Positions 25,609-39,180 of a DNA stretch of 64,000 bases are shown here, in pieces. The position numbers were made by a program, and so were the translations under genes. Under the pieces are notes generated by a model. The model did no database searches, was not told where the DNA came from, and worked only from the letters and a program-made list of their open reading frames with translations. The stretch's first letter is position 1. Each line of letters begins with the position of its first letter. The stretch comes from Azolla caroliniana (taxonomy: Eukaryota; Plantae; Polypodiophyta): positions 1,054,001 through 1,118,000 of the forward strand of contig JBHGNT010000003.1 in assembly GCA_043228905.1 (NCBI GenBank). Reading direction: 5' to 3'.

Positions 25609-28600
25609 TCATCGGAACTTTTCGGTCAATGAAGACAAACTCCGATGTTCGCCTTCATTCGTATCAAGCACTTCGAAAGGTTGTGTTAGACCATCCAATA
25701 TTTGAATCACTTCTGAGGTGCCATCCACATAGTATTTAGCTTTACTAGGTTTTTGCCCAACTGTACATGCAAAGACCTCGGCCAACGGTGTTTGCGGAAA
25801 ACCTTCCATTGCATTTGCAATGCTCTCAAACATATGTTCATCTGATCTATCATCCCCTATACATAGGACAAACTCAGGGGGTTGTCCCCTTTCCACCATG
25901 GACAATATTAATTCCTTCGCAATTGTACCCTTGCTGACTCCCTGTGCAATATAGATTTCATACAACCCTTCAATAAGCCATCATGCAAGATGCATCAAAG
26001 TATTATAAATCAATCAACAATTCTGAAGTACAACGTCAAAACAGTTGATTTTAGGAATAAATATAAGAGACTTTAGACATCCCCACCGATTCGATGTAGC
26101 AAAATATTGTGTATGGGTTCAGGAGCCATACTGTGTAGCAAATTTCAATTCAATTCCAATATATCACCATGATAGTGTAGTGCCATTAGCTTGTGATACA
26201 CAACATTAAGATTGTGGGTTCGAGTTTCGAGCAGTCAGGATTTCCTCCCAAAAAGAGTCTCCAAAAAAAGGCTTAAGTAAAAATGTATAGACTTTCTGCA
26301 AACATTTCGTCCTTAAAAACGGTGGAAGTCAACCAAATCAACTTTCGAGAATTTATCATATTCACAAACAATTTTCTCTTTAAAAGTTTTTATTTTTTTG
26401 CATAAGATGAATCTAGTTCAACAGTTCATCATGTACACTCACAATTTGTTCCTAGAAAACAGCTTTATAAATTTGACTTTCTATGATTCATGATTTGAAT
26501 AAAAATATCACATATGTAAAAGGGGTATGAGAAATGGAAAGTATGACCATCATGTTGTATACCTGAGGCTTGACTTCCACAATAAGATGACCACTCTTAA
26601 CCGCAACTGGATTGTTGGCAAGCATGCTTTCCAAATGGTCAGAGAGCTCCTTTGCTTGCCATGATCCAAAGTCTGGATCGGCATCTTGATAATGCCACAC
26701 CAAAGCACTCTCTTTTGATTCTATATAAGAGCCGTCTGTGCTTTCCATATAGCGGTTCATTATGGGTTCGACAACCTCCTTCCAACTGAAATCCGAGATG
26801 TGAATAGAAGTCTCCCACTCTTGCTCTTGGTTCCACCTATGAATATCAAAAGGCAGTCTTCAGAAAAAACAAGCAAACAAACAACAAAAAAGATATAGTA
26901 TTATGCTAAAAATGCCACTTGTTTCTTTTAAACCCCCAAATGCATAGAAAACTTGAAAACTTCATAGCTATGACATGCCGTTTTGTTAACCCCCCTGGAC
27001 ATACATTACCTATGACATGCCAAATGCATATACAACTTGAAAAGCTTACTAATTATAACCATACCATGCCACTTGAAAGATTAATAGGTTTACCTATTTA
27101 AGTATCCATGCTCAGCAGACAACCCCAGCTTTTGGCATGGAGAGAACCAGTGTTGTAAGACATCTCTACTCCTTCCGCTCACAATAAAGACCAAATTATT
27201 AGGATCATCACACAACTTGTTGAGCAAGGATATGATACGAGGCCCCGGCTTTTTATCAATGGCATTCGAAGGAACCATTGTACCATCATAATCAAGCAAA
27301 AATACTCGATTAGTAGTTCTCTTGTAAGCTGATGTGATATATTCACTCGACAACTTTCTAAAACTAGGATCTAATGCAACGATCCTGAACCCAAGGCCAA
27401 AGCCAATGCCCCAACAACGATGTTGGGAATGATCTTTACATATTCTTTCAAGGTCGGCCATGAAACTTCGGACCCAAAACGCGACATCATGGGTGCTTGC
27501 ATACCTATAATGCTTCTCATGCCTCATTTCCTTTTCAGGCTCTGGCATACTGAGGGCTGATAGTGTGGCCTCCACTACATTATCAATATTCCAAGGGTTT
27601 ACTCTAATAGCTCCACTAAGAGATGGTGAGCACCCAATGAATTCGGATATAACAAGCATGCTTTGGGGAGGTCTAGAGTTAGAGGAACCTGTACAGACAG
27701 TGTACTCATATGGTATAAGGTTCAAACCATCCCTTATGGCTGTCACAATGCAACACTCGGCCACAGTGTAATATGCAATGCGTTCATGGAGCGCCAGGGG
27801 CTGTTGGATCAATATTACGGGTTTGTAATCATTGGTCCCAAATGCTTCATTGATCCTTTGTACAGCCGCCTGAACCTCCTCTTGCACTTCCAAACTGTTA
27901 TGCCTACTTGCATGATTGGCAGTGACGATTTGCACCAACACAAGCTTTCCTCTCCATTGAGGATGATCCTTGAGAAGTTGTTCTATTGCAACAAGCTTCA
28001 ATCCTATGCCTTGGAATATATCAAGCTCGTCCATTCCAAGAATCACCCTCTTATCTTTAAACTCTTCCTTGAGTGCCTTCATCTTGACCTTAGTGTCCAC
28101 CCTGTCTAAGACACCCATCAATCTGTCCATGTGAATGCCTATCGGTGATATCTTTATACCAACTGTTCGGCCAAAATACTCTATGGAAATATATCCCCGG
28201 TTTGTCTTGAAATGAAGCCCAAGCATCCTACTACAGCAGGAAAGGAAGTGGCGAGCATAATCGAAGGTATGGAAACCGATCAAATCGGCGTTCAAAAGCC
28301 CTCTCAATATCTCTTCTCTCACCAAGAGAGTTCGATATATCTCTGACGAGGGGAATGGTGTGTGAAGAAAGAAACCCAATTTCACCTTAAAATACCTTCT
28401 TCTAAGGAAAGTGGGCAAAGCCATAAGGTGATAATCATGAACCCATACAAAGTCATCCTCAGAATTTATCACTTCCATGATCCGATCAGAGAATTTATTA
28501 TTGACCGAGACATAGGCTTGCCATAATGATCGATCAAATCGAGATCCATATTCAGATATCATCGGCAACATATAGTGGAAAAGAGGCCAAAGATGATGTT

Positions 28601-29054
28601 TGCAAAAACCATCAAAATACCTATTTCTCACATCTTGCTCAACAAAGACAGGAAAACAGCCAAATTTTTCAAGGAGAGTTGAAGATATCACATCTTGTTG
28701 GCCAATTTCAATGTCAACATCAAGAAAACCCACATAAAGAACTTGTGTCGACTTAGGGAGGCCATCTCTTATATGCAATAGAAGAGAATTTTCATCAAGA
28801 GAGAACTTCCATGATCCATCTGAATCATTCCTTTCAACACATAAAGGAAGCATATCAGCGGCAATGATGGTTTTCTTCTTTGATGATATGCTTGGAGATG
28901 AAGGAATTCCATGGCTTGTAATATTAGCATTGATGCTTTTATTCTCTTCTTCACCATTACCAGAAAACCCAATCAATTTGGGCAAGTTTCTGCTTAGATC
29001 TTTAGGGTAATTTGCACCCAAATCCAACAAATTTGAATATGAGGCCGAAACCAT
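25609..29054 (-). CDS. TPS: Class II trehalose-6-phosphate synthase/phosphatase (GT20 + HAD domains), 3 exons, 855 aa
   Basis: Exons 29054-27094, 26836-26563 and 25941-25609 (2568 nt), the two-intron structure of class II TPS. Motifs MVSASYSNLLDL, FCKHHLWPLFHY, WVHDYHLM, GFFLHTPFPSSEIYR, LDYDGT, SAEHG, VEVKPQGVSKG, GDDRSDE. Confidence 0.95.
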
Positions 29055-29526
29055 GACGATAATTTTGATTTCAGCCCTATTAAAATTAGGTTATACCTTT
29101 TTCTATTACTTCAATTAGGGTTTCCTGTTATAACCCTGGTTAAACCCAATATGAATTCGGGTTTAATTTCTTAATCCTAACTGAACTCTATACGAGTTAG
29201 GTTTCTTTTTTTTTTACTTAACCCTCAAAGAAGTAGTAGAATATGTTCTTATAGTGGCTGCAATCTGCTCTGAGGAAATATGTTAAAACAATCTGTGGTA
29301 TATATAACAATCTGCACTCTGCAAATCTTTGACAATCTGTAGATAAACTCAGCCTATAATCTTTTGCTTTTCTTTTTTCTGTTTTCTGAGGAAAGGATTG
29401 ATGTTTTTGATCATGAATGACGCAGCATAAAATCTGAGGCAAAAGAAGACTCTATATTTAGAGAGGAGGAGAAGAAGGAGGAGGAGGAGGAGAAGAAACC
29501 AGAGAAAGACAGAGTCTGCGTTTGTG

Positions 29527-29875
29527 ATTTATAAGGAAATGGAGGGTAAGCAATTTGGGCAGGGGTATTTTTGTAATTTCGGAGAACTACAAATTTGACC
29601 ATTAGGCTCCATTAACTGTATCAAGACTTTCTCTCTAGGGACCCCCCCATACACATTGTCTCTTCATGGATCCATAGACCGGAGCAGATGATGGCCAGAT
29701 CATCTCTCTGACTCTGCTCTCAATTCTACTAGATGGACATGTCATGATTCCGAGACATTTCGAAAGTCCCCAAGTGTTGACGTGTCAATCTGCGAGTGAA
29801 AGAAGCTGAGCCACAATTTGCGACTCCCGTTGGTATTAAGTAAAACACTCGGGGATGATTACCCTTCCGACACGT
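29527..29875 (-). promoter_or_regulatory. Putative TPS promoter: TATA box and two ABRE/G-box-like ACGTGTC sites
   Basis: TATAAAT on the minus strand at 29533-29527, followed by a CT-rich leader. ACGTGTC at 29780-29786 (+) and 29869-29875 (-). Confidence 0.4.
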
Positions 29876-32800
29876 AGTTAAAAACTTCCAATGTGGTGCT
29901 CATGTGGTAAAAGGTCTTGGTTTTGCGTGACGGGAGGTTAAGTATTCCTTAGAAATCGTGAGTCTCTTCATGGAAATTGGTTAGATTACTCTTTCGCCGA
30001 CTTTTGGGCTATGGTGGAACCTCAGTCAATCGCTACCTTTTTTTTTTCTCTCACCCCCCCCTCTTCGACGCGTATATCCCTCTCTCATATTTCAAAGTGC
30101 GTCATTATTATTATCTCCTTTTATTCTTATCTACCTTTTTAGTTTTGCTTTATCTTGTCCTAACAAAGGGATGGCTTTCATCTATAGCAATCATGAGTTC
30201 TAGAGAGATTTTGAATGTTTTCATAACTTGTGTGGTCTTCAAGAGCTAATTCACCCACCATATTGAAGCATGCACTCAAACTGCTTAAAACATGCCTTGC
30301 AAATAATAACGAATAACAATAGGAACTCTGGCACATGGCAAGATGAGGGCCAATATCTTTCGCTACTTTGCTTGCGCATACAAGACTTCTACATATGCGA
30401 GTCACGGAGAGAACAAAGTCAAAGTCAGAAAGTGCACATATCTTATCCGCATAAAGTTTCCCATTCCAAGTTTCTTCTTGAAACATTTCACTATCTTCAA
30501 CATTCCAACCTATGCGTGACATGTCTCATCCTTAACTTTACGATATATAGCCTACGAGATACCTACCTTCAAAATATGTTATCGCAATAGCCTTTGGCTA
30601 TTTTTCATGAGTAGTTGGTGCACGTGCCTCTTCTATTATCTGCATTTACTTGGCTTCACAAAAAACAACAATCAACCAACATATCTTAGAATTCCATATA
30701 TAGAGAGTTTAAACTTGTAGTGTGAGACTAGGATCACTTCTATCATTGACGTGTCTTCATGGTTTATATCCTAGGAAAAAATAACACTATCAAGAAATAG
30801 TTTACCTTCACAACATCAGCATAGCTTGGTCGCATAATGGCATTATTCAATCCCTAAAATTCCACACGAAATTTATTCAACAATTGAAACCCCCCCAAAA
30901 AGGGGTTTGTCGGTGTATGCAATAAGCTCCGAGTTAGGTGATATGTTGTGACTCGTGAGATAATTTATGACTTGTTTTCTTCTTTGCAATATTCGATTTG
31001 CTGGATGAGGCAAAAGCTACAATTTTTTAACAATATGAAATTTGAGACTCTCCAATCATAAAAATTAAAAGTGTTTCTCATGTCCAATATCCTTTATCTC
31101 CTCATTCTCACTCCAAGCAAATGTTATTGGTAGGAGAATTCTTGACGTTATCGATTAGTCATTTGTATGTTTCACAAGTTTGTTTTGCTCCTCCTGCCTA
31201 CCTTTGAGAGAAGATCGAATTACATGAGTTTGTTCCACTTCCTTTGCGAGGGATTAATATTTGGTGAAAAAGAGCAATATTTGGATGTATGTTACTTCTA
31301 CACGAAAAAAGGTATTGTCGATGGGAAAGCAAACAACTTGTTTACATTAACTGATGTATGGAATCTTCTCTTCATTCAAAATGTATTATGTGAGTAGTTT
31401 CGATTACAAATGTCTTATATGTACTTGCATTAATATGTATTTGGTTATCCTTATCTTTCAAGTATCCTTATCGATAGAAGGATAAAATAATGGGGCAAGA
31501 TGAAACCTATGACGCACTCTATCTTTGGATGAAGAGACAATTAAACTACAAAGAGAAGAAGAAAATATGGTTGTATCTCTTTAAGTTCTCCTTCATTATA
31601 TAATATAATGGTGGATCTTTGTTATCTTGTGTAGCACATTGTACAAGAAGGGATCTCACATTGAAGTTTAATATCTTTATGCTAGACAACTTATCACCTT
31701 TTATGGATGTATGTGCTAGATGGCATCCATTAAAAGTGATTTTTTTTTTGTTATGTTCCGAACAAACCTTCACTATTTGTAAATGAGATATGCATGATAG
31801 TTTGATATATATCCACTCACAAGTGTCTTTCATGGTTGATCTAGTACTCTTGATCGTGTTCCAATCACATCCTTATGTAATGGAGGTAAGGTCATTTACA
31901 CAGAATGCCTCAATAAGCTTTCAAACTATGATTTGGACATTGTGATAAAGTACGAGGATTGTTATTCCTATATTATAACCTTCTTTTTAAAGTAAACCCA
32001 CAAAGTCTTATTTTGTGATTTATTTGAAGACTCCATTTTGTTTTCTTTGTTCTAGAGTAGTCCTAAGAAATATTTTCACACATGAAGTAAATGCTTCCTT
32101 GAGCTTCACAAAGCATGCTAGTATAAGTCTGTTTGTTCAGAGACAGGAAATTACATGTCTTATCTATGTCAAATTGGTCAACAATTGCACTATAAGCAAA
32201 CTAGGTTGCATGCTTGTAAGAGGTATGATTGTTATTTAAAAAAACTAATAGTATTTGATGGTGATTTCCGATAACACCGAAAGAAAGGCGTTATGAAAAT
32301 TTCCCATTGGGTGATGCAGAAGCATACTTATAAAACATCTTTGTAAAGATTTGCAAAGCAATATACATAACCTCTTGAACACATCCTTTGTGCCTCTAAA
32401 AATCCAATGTAATAGCTTATCATCAAGAATATTATGTGTAAGTATTTGAATTATGACCCCTCTCTCTTACATAGGTCCATTTTGGTCTTTCAAAGATTTT
32501 AATTCATTGTTTCATTTCATTTCTCTTAGTTCATATGTTTCAATGCAAATCAAGGAGTGCATATGAAAGTCTATGACTTACACCATCCTTTTGTTGGAAA
32601 CAAACGTACCAAAGTTCATACATCGATGATCGTGTTACTATTACCACATGATAAACATATGTAAACGCATTATCTATTTGCACCAAATATCCTAAATAGC
32701 TATGATTCAAGTTGCTCATGCATTGCCAAATTGTGTCCACATGATTGATTGGCATATTTATTTGCAATCATTCCTTGATGTGTAATTTGAGGAATTGGAA

Positions 32801-35249
32801 CAACCTCTCAACTTATTCTTATCATCCAAGACACTTAATATGCCCATCTTCTACCCTATAGGCTATAACGCTATACAAGGGAGAACAACAATTGCACCAT
32901 CAAGATGTTGAGTGTACATGTCACACATTTTGTTGGAATCATTCTTATTCCAAGTATTGAAGATGAAATTTAAAATGCCTACAATTAGTTGAAGCAAACA
33001 AACTTAATTTAACATTCATGTGTTACTAAGTAGAACTCAAGGGTTGAAAATTAGAGAATGAGAAATAAATGTGTTATCAATTACCTCTCCATCATGTAAT
33101 AGGGTGTATTTATAGTGCGAGGCCGTAATAGATATCCTATGATAATTACATTCCTTTCGTAGGTGTACATGGAATGGAGAACTTCAATAAATTACTAATG
33201 AAGCTGACAGAAACTTTGCCAATTACATCTAGTTAATAATGATAAAAAATAATCTGTAAGGGAAATTGGGTTCCATCTTTCACAAACTTCATAATTAACA
33301 ATGTGTAACCAATTACATGTAGCTTACCAAGATAGGTGTACATGCATGACATCGATGTTGATTGCATATACTATTAATTAACACACATGTTCAAACTTAT
33401 GATATGTTGCATGTTGACATTTTTCTAGCCTTAGAGCGAGTTGAATCTATCGCCACGCAAGACATTATCCTCAAGAGTTAAGATCAAACATTTTTGAAAT
33501 AAATAAAAAGGAACCTTGGGCCTTAAAAACAAATTTTGTTGTAACGATCCAATCCTATAAGTTTTTGTGCATTTATATCCATCATTTGAAGTAACACGAT
33601 ATGCAACACGTTGTAATAGAGGGATAACTTCTATTTGTTCTAATAGTTTTAGAAGTGTACATATATCAAGTATTGTAATTTAGAGTAGTAGATACAATTA
33701 TGGAGTGCAAACAAACTTTTATACTCCATTCACATTCATAACATTGGTAGTTACAATGCCACATCCCCCATATCACTAGATTGAGGGCATCAAAAGTCAT
33801 ACACCATTGGTTTATGAAATCAAAATGACACATTGTCACAATATTACACGCGCGCTTGTGAAATTGAGTAGGACCACCCAAGACTCGAACTATGGAAGAT
33901 GGCTTTGTCAAAGGCATTCGTTGAAGATGATTTTTTTTATGCCATGATTAAACCTTCCCTTCTTGACTAGTGCAAATATATTCGAGAACACATTCTTAGT
34001 GGATGGGAGAATTCTTTCAATGAGTAATGTGACCTCATTTGCAAAACATATATTACACTCAGATACGTAGATGTGTATATGTACACGTGTTTTGTGTATA
34101 GAATTTATGGAGTTTCCTAGTTCTTCTTAGAATCTCATCCTCCCTTCTTCGTTCGCATTGAGGTTTTCACAAAACAGTTTTCTAGGAAATCTCCATGATG
34201 TTGCCCCGTTACCTAATCCGGTAATTGCCCACAAATGTGAATGTCACTCAATTGGTTGAGCATTGGATATCTCGAAACTCATTGAACTTAATGAAACTTC
34301 GTTCCTTCATAATTTTTTCCACGAGACTTGGAAATATCATGATCCTTGCGAAATCCTCCAAAAAATCACTCAAATGTACATAACTAAAAAATGCTTCCCC
34401 CAAATTAGGATAATTTAATTGTGTGTAGTTTTTTGCTTAATGCTCAAATTGAGCCAAAAGTTTGATTGTATTCCTTGTCCATTCCTGAATCACATGGGAC
34501 ACAATTTGCAACTTTTTTCTTGAGTATATAGTTTTTTTTTTTCTTTTAAAGGATTTTCTTCAATAGTATTAAGAAAAAATGCCCAAAGTCTACAACTTGA
34601 ACCTAGTTGCCCAAGAGGTTATTGTTAGAAATATTGAGAATCGATTAGATAGGTATATAGAGTTACAACCACAGAGATGGATATATGAAAACAAAACTTC
34701 TATTACATATGAGAGTAGCTCACAATGGTAGTTCACCAATGCACTCACACCTTGGAGCTTAGATAGGATCTGGACCAACTCAGTACAAAATTAGTGGGGA
34801 TTGATGATCAATACACCACTGTGTAAGAGAGTGGATTATATTCTCTGTTTGGTCTGAGTGTAACATTAAATGTGCATGTTAGTTGATAGTAGTGGAGATA
34901 TTCCTTTTTTGTCAACTAACTTGTCATTTAATATGACCCAACTCCCTAGATACAGGCTAGTGCTAGATAGTATTTATCTTGAAGTCAATGGCACATACTT
35001 CAAGACTAAGTACATTTTAAATATTCTAGTTGACTTGATTAGCCAATTCTATTACCTATTTCTCTCTTTCCTAAATCCATTGTGTTCTATGCATCTACGG
35101 TTTCCTAGGTTAACACCTTATCGACCCATATGGTCGAGTTGCACACTAGCCGCTCCTCATTTGGGGCGTTATCACAAAATGTGCACTCTAAGAGCACATA
35201 TGGGGATAGATTTACAACTTGGGGCTGATCATTGATTATATCAAACAGT

Positions 35250-38200
35250 TACAACTTTTCTTATAAAATGATGTAAAATAATCCTAGGACCAAATATCAA
35301 ACTTTGTAGAAGATGTTTACATTTGTTGATATTCAAGAAAGAGTCCATGGAAGTCGATATTGCCATTGAGGCTCTTGAGTTGACATTATAAACATGGGCA
35401 ACTTTTTCCATAAATGAAGAAGCTTTTTCCTTTTCTTGTTCACAGTATTGGGGAACCCTGCATATTATCATACTGGCCACGAACTACTGCCAACAAGTTC
35501 TCCAATATCTCAATGAGAGATGAATGTCTACCGCATCATAAAGTCGGTTACATCGATATTTCCATAATGCCCATAGCGTTAATGTGGTCATTGTTTTCCA
35601 AATCTAGACAGATCCTACTTGCTATCGAGTTGCTGGAAGGAACTAACTAATATCAATATTCTATTATGTATTGACATTGCCTCATGAACATTTTTTGCCC
35701 CATACAACATCTGGAATGTAATACTCCCCACATTGCTGATCCCCATCATAATAGGCAACCTACATTGATTGTTAGGAATAAAGACATGACTTTCTTCCAT
35801 ACTTGTTGAGCAAAGGGACAAGACCATAGGACATGCTTGGTAGTCTCCTAAGGTTCATGGCAAAAGCCACATTGCCGCAAATTGGGTGCTACATTCCCTT
35901 TCAATGAATGACCAATTGGTAGTGCCATATGCACTAATAGCCATCGAAAGAAAATAAATTTAGTTGGCCACTTGAATGACCAGATCCATTTCCAGTAGTT
36001 TCTCAAATGCAAAGTTGAGAGACTCCAGTTGGTACAATGTTTCTGAGCTGCTGGTATCGTTACATTCTAAGAGAGCAGTAATGATCTTCCAAGTTTTACC
36101 GAGTACTGAAAGAAGGGGACCTTTACGATCTTTTCCCCCAAGGAGTGTGACCAAAGCCAACCCCCCGGATCCCATGTTAATCTTACAACAGGATCTTTTG
36201 CGTATAACCACAGGATATCACACATATGAGCAATTGAAGGATAAGGATCAAAGATCCATTTCTTTCCAGTTTTAGCAACCATTCTGACTGGTGCACTTCG
36301 CAAGTCCTGTAGATAACTGCAATCAAAGGGATTGCAATATATTGTTGTCTAGGACCCCAAAATAAGAAACACACCCATTACGTGAAACACCCTTAACAAC
36401 CATCAATGTATCATTTGTGAAGCATCCAAACCATAGATGTTTTGACCTGGGTTGGAAGGTTGTAAAAACGAAGAATATGTTGTTGATAAGGTAACCGTCG
36501 TTATCTTGGCACCATGAATTGATTGTAGATGTGCAAGACGATATTCTTGTGACATTTGCTGAAATTGAGTCCAAGTTTTTATAGATGCAGCTGGCCCATT
36601 ATCCAATTTACCCCAAGTAAGGTAAGTTTGCAGGCCCAATACTTTTCCTACATTATCCCGAAATAGAGAATTGGCAAGCATAGGCCAATTAAGTAATGCT
36701 GTCCTTAAGCAAAAATGATTTAATCGCATCCCATGCTCTTATGATTCCTAGCAAAAATCTATTGGATGCAAGATTCTGCCTTGGCATTTTCATATCATTC
36801 AAGAACAACCACTTTAGAGAGGGTGACCACGCTCCTCATGTCTTAGGAGTTAACTGCATTAACTGATTTAAAAACATTAATTTCCAAGCTTTTGATCCTG
36901 GAAACAATCCTTTGATCACAAACTTAGTCAAGAGAGCTCTTGAATGCCTCATAGGATCTAGCAAACCCAACCCTCCATTGATTTTAGGCTGAATCAACAC
37001 ATTCCAAGCAACTTTGGCTATTGTAGGAGAGCCATGTTTCCCCCTCCAAAGGAAATTACGGATCAAGCTTTGCATTTTTGTTATTGCCGAGCTAGAAAAT
37101 AGCCACACAGATGCTATAAACCACATTGATGGGGCATTGATGCCAATAGTATTGTGTTTGCTACTACAACCCAACCTGCAAAAGACAATTGTTGGGCATC
37201 CCAATACAATAATTTACAATGTTTGATTGATAATAGTAACAGAGATAACATCGCTTCTAGCCTTAAATCTATTCCAACCATACATCCCAAATATTGAACT
37301 AGCTCACCATGATGAAGCCATCAGAAAGCAGGACTTGGATACCACACAGGGTGAGTTTTTGCACCCACCCAAAGGCTATCTGACTTATTCCAGTTAAATG
37401 ATGCACCTATAGCATCTGAAAAAACCTGCAAAGCATTTTGTACCTAACCGAGATTACCAATCTCCTTGTCAACATAAAGGACTGTATTATTTGCAAACTC
37501 AACATCCACTACAGTGGAGTGTGTAATAGGTAATACTATGCCTTTGATATCAACAATTGACGATCTTAGGTAGGAGGACAAAGCTTCCCCAAACAAGATA
37601 AAAAGAAATGGAGCAAGAGGGCATCCTTGCCTAACAGACTTGGAGATAGGAAATAATGTCGCGTATTCTCCAGCAAACAAAACTGAACTAGAAGCATGCC
37701 TGTAGAGGGCTGAAACACCTTTTATCCATGCGACAGGAAAACCTAATCTTGGCAGCACTACCTCAAGGAAGTCCCAATCCACTTTATCATATGCCTTAAA
37801 TTCAATGTCAAGCAATAATACTACAAGTCGCTGTTTATGTTGCTGATCTAATGCAACCATTTCCTAGAACAAAAAGATATTATAAAAAATACTTCTATCT
37901 TGCAGAAAACCAGATTGTGTGTCATGAATAATAGACAACAATACAACTTGTAGTCTAACAACAATAGTTTTTGCCACAATCTTATACACAACATTAAGCA
38001 ATGTTATTGGTTGCCACTTAGAGACTTCATCACACTGAGCATCCGACTTAGGAATCATATATATGATTCCTTTTGTCCATTCTGCAGGCATATTACCACT
38101 TGAGAATATTAAATTAACTGCTCTAGTAAGGAGAGGCCCAAGAAAACCCTAATAATGCAAATAGAAGCCAATTCCTATTCCATATTTTCCCGGACAAACA

Positions 38201-39180
38201 TCCTTACCTAAGGATTTAGCTGCAACAAAAACCTCCTGAGATGTAAATGGTTATAATAATTGAGAGGCCATTACATTTGTAACCTTCTGTTGAATAGTTG
38301 CAAGAACAACTTGTTTCTTGTAAAAATTGTCTGTCGTAAAAGACTCAGTATACAATAACTTATGATAATAATCCAAGACTATACTTCTCATCTTAGAGAC
38401 ATCTAATGTATAGGATCTATCAAGTCGCTTCAAAGAAGTAATAGAAAGAGCTCTAGTTTTCCGTTTAAACTGATTGAAGAATTCCTTATTGACCCGATCT
38501 TGCCTTTGCGACTAGCGAGCAACATTATGATAGTAAAAGAACATTGAGTGTGCTTCATGTTTTTCCTTTAAATTGTTTTTTACTTGCTGCAAATCACATC
38601 GCATAGATGAAGTTGGATACCTATCCAACAATTGTTGTAATGCTACAAGAGCACGACGCAAGTTGGCAATTTCTGAATTGTAGTGATAAACAGACGCGGA
38701 AACTATTTTTGTGAATAGAATCTTTGTATCGAGTGTGGCATGAATTATATTGGTAAGTAAACAATCATCTGATAAATTGTAATTTGACCATATCTGCGTG
38801 ATTGACATATGATGACTATCATTAGGTAACAATGCGGGAGGGATACAAAATTGCCTAGAATATCGCCTCTTAGAAAATATAACATGTAACTTCAGAGGGT
38901 CGTGGTAAGAGATAGCTGATCCTGGAATAATTCCTATGGATCCACCTGTTGTAGTGAAGATTTCCGGCCACAGTGAGAAAGCCGTATGGATCAGAAAAAT
39001 TGGCGAAGTGCACCGTGTGCACATGTACATTCGAAATTGTATAAAAATAATAATAAAAGGGAGTTATCGAGGAATGATTGTGAAAGTGAGGGTGTTTAAT
39101 GTGCCCCTCCAAAAATCATGGCAAGATATCTCCTCTGAAAAAGAGGAATATCTGTCCCACATTTTAACGTACCTCCCACC
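35250..39180 (-). mobile_element. Decayed L1-clade LINE (endonuclease C-terminus, RT, downstream region), 5'-truncated
   Basis: Fragmented ORFs: SYHDPL (SDHxP-like endonuclease end), WQPITLLNVVYKIVAK, QSGF, LDIEFKAYDKVDW, SVRQGCPLAPFLF, RNFLWRG...KVAW...PKINGGLG. Many stops and frameshifts. Ends are approximate. Confidence 0.88.

Noticed and set aside
33021-33300. Possible solo copia LTR (TGTTA...TAACA with TATTTATAG)
   Set aside because: No clean TSD, PBS or partner LTR. Too decayed to support.
30000-34600. Scattered 60-115 aa ORFs upstream of TPS
   Set aside because: AT-rich intergenic DNA or unrecognisable TE debris, with no assignable domains.
34760-35174. Possible gypsy LTR end (GGGGCGTTATCA)
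   Set aside because: No PBS and no identifiable 5' end.
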